Source of the DNA: the human T2T-CHM13v2.0 reference genome, Homo sapiens
Assembly (NCBI RefSeq): GCF_009914755.1
Contig: NC_060926.1
Direction: 5' to 3' (one strand)
DNA length: 64,000 nucleotides
The notes beneath the pieces are model-generated. The model was given only the letters and a program-made list of their open reading frames with translations. It was not told where the DNA came from and did no database searches. The position numbers were made by a program, and so were the translations under genes. Shown here in pieces: positions 58,044 through 64,000 of the stretch (its first letter is position 1; each line of letters opens with the position of its first letter).

Positions 58044-60799
58044 ATGATAAATTGTGCTATATTACTGATACAAGGATACAAGGGAAGAAAATATAACAAA
58101 GAAAACATACTATTAGTATACCCAACTACATAGACACAAAAATAATGTTGAGAGAATGAAGACAGACAAAAGAACACCTATCCATGTTTAATGTTCTTAT
58201 CACAATAAAGATGAAATTTAAAAAAGAATACCTACCATATGATTCCATTTACATGAAGTTCAAAAAAGCAAAACAAATGTATGGTGTCAGAAGTCAGGCC
58301 AGTGGTTACCTTTGAGGGAAAGGGGCCTTCAGGAGCATTGTTCACATTCTCCGTCTTGTCCTGGGAGGCAGTTAGAGGATGTGGTCACTCCAGAATAATT
58401 TATTGAGTCACATACTTCTGCTATTTGCAGTTTTCCATATGTGGAACCCCAATAAAGCTTCCATTTAAAAGTTTCAAATGTTGATTTCCATTTTCCTTGA
58501 AATAAATAAAGGGAATAAGAAAATATTATAGAATATCTTCATTAAAATCAATCAATTTTAATTTGCTAACCAAGCTGGCTCTTACCTGTGTTCACGTTGC
58601 TCCCCTGATGTCAGCTACAGAGCAGGAAACAGGAAAAACCACGCATATGATTTTCAGGCAGCTGGAGGAAGAGGAAGAGAATGCCTTCCCTGTGAGGGAG
58701 AATGAATGAAACTGGGACCCTCTGCAATTTAGCTAAGAGGTGAGTAATGCATAGAGAGGAAAAAGAAAAAAAGAGAGATAGAGAGCTGAAGGTCCAATGT
58801 ATAAAATAATGACAAAAATAACGGGCCTGCTGGAGGCTCATATATTTCTAGCCTTATATAAAATGGGATTAAAACGTAACAAATTTAGACTGGCTACAAG
58901 AAATGCTTTTTTATGAAATGTATAATTAACCTGTAGCCAATGGTTTAGTAAAATCCAACTCCTCCCATCCTCCAAAAAAAATAGCTATTTATAGCAGCCA
59001 AACCAACAACATTGACAAGTATTGTATTACAAAGACTCCCCTGCTTCCAGGCAAAAACTGATCACCAGCTGGGGTCAGGAAGAAAATTTTCCCTTTGGTG
59101 TAGTATTTCATGGCTCTGTTATCTAATATTGAACAACTCTCCCGGGCTGAGTAGCATTTGCACCTCCATTCACGGCACCTGGCTCTGGGGTCCAGGATGG
59201 AATATTGAAATAGGCTATTGTTTTAATCCCCGGATGGCAACACCTGTATGCCTGTATTTAGGCAACACTTTGTGTTTCCAAAAAGAAAACACAATGAATA
59301 TCATCAAAATTGTTCCTAACACTACTGTTTTTATATCAACAATCTATAAATATATGGAAGAACTCAATATATGTGAGAAATAAACAGAAGGCATGCCTAC
59401 ATTGAGGTAATTCAAAAGATGGCTCTATAATTTACCAGCTTGAATTTCAGTTGTTGCATTTTTAGGTATGAAACGTTATGAAAAAAAGAGATATTATTCA
59501 TCAAAGTGATTGTCCTGTGCACTTGTATACCTTATATAATTTATTTTTTTCGGGGCTTTTTACTTCAAAGAAATCACTAGCTAATGACATTTCAGACTTT
59601 AGAAATTTTTTCTGATAGCACATTGGAATTCCCCCAGGGACAGAATTGTGAATAAGTGGATTTTTTTAAAGATCATTAACAGATATTACAAACCAATTCA
59701 AACTGAGCATTTTCTTTGCAAATTACCTTTAACTTTTAAAGCCAATGGAAAAAAAAAAAAAAAGACAGTGAGTGATTTAATTTACTTAACCTGTCTACAA
59801 ATTGCAGCTTTGCGCTCCATCGGCGATTGCATTTTCAACCAAAAAAAAAAAAAAAAAAAGCAAAAAAGAAAAAAGGTCTCTAACTATCTCTAATAGAGAT
59901 ATTTTTCTAAATTATCATCCCCGATGAGTGATGTTTATTTTTTTTTTTCATTTAGGAAGTTGCCCTGGAATTGAGAATGTTTATTCTATTGCTATGTTTA
60001 AAGTAAAAACACAGCCCTACACTGTCTATATCTGTTGCTTAATTAAAACTCTCCAGCAATTAGCAGGTTTATCATCTCCAGAGCAAATGGGTGGTGGTGG
60101 TGGAGCTTTGGTGGTGGATTGTGAGTTTTTTGAGGGGAGGGGAGTGCTCTTTTATTTAATGATCAAACCACAGTTTCTGGGCTAAAGAGCTAATATTTGG
60201 GGTGAGAAGCACCTTTATTCCTTGCATACATCAGGCCTGATTCTTATTGGCATCAACACCCCGTTGTGTATGTTTTCCATTCAAAGAGTTCCCATGGACT
60301 TCAAAGGGAGTTGCCTGCAAAGATGGGATATGTGGGAGTCCTGACAGGCCCCAGAACAGGCCCAGAGCTGGAAGAAACCATGCCAAGAGTACCTCACATT
60401 GGAGCCCCCCCAAAAACCATGTCACAAAATTAAAGGGTCTCCCCTGCCTATGCCATCCCACAGCACACGTGGGAAACATCCTCAGGCTTGCCAAGCGCTG
60501 CTCTGACTCTGCAGGGTACTAACATATACATATTTGATGAGTAGAGCTCCATTTATAAGAAAGTATGTTAATAAGAATATTCTTTGAGAATGGTGTCCAG
60601 TGCAGACTTCAAAAGGGTCATTGTTTGAGGTACCAGAGGTTTCCTTTTTCCCCTTTTAAAGTGCAAAGTCAACTTACTATACACCAAACAAAATAATTGC
60701 ACATCCCTTTGGATGTCCCATCAACAACAAATGGGTAGGAGTCTATTCTGAAGAATGTTCTATTTTTGGAGTGATTAATTGAATTATTAAGAGTAAAGG

Positions 60800-61040
60800 G
60801 GCAGAGAAACTAATATTTCTTGAGTGTTTCTTATGTGCCAGGTATTTTAATTCCTCTCTTTTAATCCTCACCAATATATTATGAGGTAGATGGTATTATC
60901 CCCCATTTAAAAGGTGATAAAAATAGGCTTTAGTGAGATCATGAAAACTATCCACTCCAAAGTCCCATGACAGCAAGTGAAAAGCATGTGGAACCCAGCC
61001 CTCCCCATCTCCAAATCCCATGTTTGTCTCTTTACATCAC
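60800..61040 (-). mobile_element. MIR
   Basis: ttatgtgccagg..tttaatcctcac..atgaggtag..tattatcccccattt. Confidence 0.65.
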
Positions 61041-62800
61041 ACTAACTCCTCATTGTCTGCTGATTTCAAATGTCAAGTTCACATCTTACGGCAACTGTCA
61101 TTTTTCTAAATGGCTGGAACTCACAGACTGTGGGTTCTTTCCATTCAAGCTCAGACAAGAGTTACTGTATTCCAAATGCTGATGATTAAGTTGCAAAAGC
61201 ATCGTTTTGCTCCAAAGAATTACCAGTGGAATCCTGTCAGGAAACATAGAATGGAAGCTGGTTGAAGATCTACACTAGCTATTCTGAATGTCACACGTGT
61301 CCCCAAATGCTGACACACCTAAATGAGTCTCACATCATAAGCGGTGATCCTAGTGATCACAGTAGACTCCCTTGGAAACAGGTCTAAGGGGGAGGCTGGG
61401 CCAGGGCTTCAGGATGGCAGAGGACCAAGATGTTCATTGGTAGACAGGTAGCATATCCAGAATCATTACAACCACATATATTTAAGTGTAGGGACGGGGG
61501 AGACAGCCAGAACTTCCATTGATCTTTTTGGTCCCTGCCCCAACCACAGGACTTCGGAGTCCTAATGAAGTTTAGGATGTGGACACCCAGTGGGCACAGA
61601 GTGGGATTAGAGAGGTGGAGTCTCCCATTCACCTGATGAGCAGACACCAACCAAGGGCTTGACCTGTGTGGAAGTGGTAAGAGGAGTGGGGATGGTCTGT
61701 CAGGGCCACCCCTAAGCTCCTTCCTGCTCACCACAGACTCCTCCAGCAAAGGCCTCTGAGGCCACAGGTAGAAGCCCAAGCAATTCTGAATGTGGCCACC
61801 ATTTGCCTTGGGCTCACAGAAAGCTCACCAGAACACAGGCACATGTTCCAGAGACCTTGCCAAGTCTTTTCCATTCTCCCAGGCTCCGCATCCTTATTTT
61901 CAAAGTGGAGACAATATGAATACCTGCTCAGTCTAGTGTGTCTGGTGATGACAAAGGGGACGGATTGGTTCGTGAAAGCACTTCATGAGGTCCAGGCAGT
62001 GGGAGGGCATCTCAAGCTGCTTCCCTCTAGCTGCAGGCACGTGGCTAAACACCAGACCCCATTCTCCCCACTGTAGCTTGGTCTTGCAGTGAAAACAAAT
62101 CTAAATGGAAGTGACTTTTTATATAATAGAAATTGAAACCAAAGTTTAAAAATAAAATAAAATGGAATGTTTCTGAGCATGCAACATCCATCTACTGTAT
62201 TTGTTTTTTGCTCATTCAGCACATTTGTATTAGGCGCTGAGTGGAGGCAGAGGCACTCCATCACTGGATTTCTGAGCACACTACTTAGCCTTTGCACTTG
62301 GGAGAAAGTCCAACTCCTGAACAGGAAGCCATCCTCTCACACCGCACCCTAACCCAGCAGCCCAGCTCATGGCTCTGCAGATGAACAGGACACGCATCCC
62401 GCTATTCACTGTCAGCCTCTCTGCTTCATCCTCGACTTGCCTGAAATGTCCTGTGCTCAGAAAGACCTGTCAGAGAGCACCTCCGGTCCAAAGCGGTCCT
62501 AGCCCTGATCTTCACCCTCATGCCTAGTGGGTTTCCTGCGGAGCCATCATTGCCACGCGTGGCGATACTCTGTTGGTCTGGGATCTCCTGTACCATCTGT
62601 CTCCCCAGCTTGACTGTGACCTTCAGAAGAGCAGAGGTCACCTCAGCCTTGTTTCTGCACTTCAAGCCCCGGCACAGTGCCTGGCCCATGAAGGACACAG
62701 GAAACAGGGTTTTGCCTCAAAGCAGCTCACCTAATATAAAGCAACACAAAACCCCACGCAGTCAGGGCTTTGTTTCACCTGCTGCAATGGCAGCCCTTGA

Positions 62801-63331
<531 letters not shown>

Positions 63332-63710
63332 TAAATGTAAGATGGTGATAAGCCTGGTGCCATGAGAGGTGACTGTCAGGTGGTCCCCCTAGGACTCCCC
63401 TGCCAGAGTTAGCCTGAGCTCCAGTGACGGCCCAGAAATTTAGCTCCCATTACCTCATGAATTCCCCACCCTGTGTGCTGCAGAGTGGATGATGGCAAGC
63501 AACACTCACAGCATAGTTTATATTCGTTTAATTTTTCTTTATTTTCAAACTAGAGAATATGTACTTACTGTAACAAGCAAAACAATACTTAAAAAGGTGA
63601 ATAAAAGCAAATATAATTATTTCTTCCTATCCCACTTCATTACCACTATCTCAAGAACACCAAGGGCATGCATGCATATGCCTATATCCATGTATAATAT
63701 ATAAAGAATA

Positions 63711-64000
63711 AGCCAGGCACGGTGGCTCATGCCTGCAATCCCAGCACTTTGGGAGGCCAAGGCGGGCGGATCACCTGAAGTCAGGAGTTTGAGACCATCC
63801 TGGCCAACATGGTGAAACCCTGTCTCTACTAAAAATATAAAAATTAGCCGGGCGTGGTGGTGCACGTGCCTGTAATCCCAGCTACTCCGGAGGCTGAGAA
63901 GGAAAATCGCTTGAATCTGGGAGGCAGAGGTTGCAGTGAGTTGAGATCATGCCCTTGCACTCCAGCCTGGGTGACAGAGCGAGACTCCACCTCAAAAAAA
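63711..64000 (+). mobile_element. AluS (tail runs off the window)
   Basis: Full Alu body. Confidence 0.95.

Overview
Primate (human-like) non-coding genomic DNA with no intact protein-coding gene. The one clear protein-derived sequence is an HMGB3 processed pseudogene (17014-18577, +), inserted with a target-site duplication (TSD) into an old L1. The rest of the window holds 18 Alus, several L1/L2/L3/MIR relics, MaLR/ERV solo LTRs, hAT and mariner MITEs, microsatellites and a 23-bp minisatellite. Structures not explained by ordinary repeat annotation are: a ~150-bp inverted repeat (21196-22518) with one arm split by an Alu, a ~170-bp dispersed direct repeat (28870/30031), a minisatellite carrying ten GTGGGAA (RBPJ-type) cores, and several splice or polyA signals suggesting a minus-strand spliced ncRNA. 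I could not identify the locus and found no convincing novel multi-gene system. Repeat subfamily calls come from recalled consensus motifs and boundaries are approximate.
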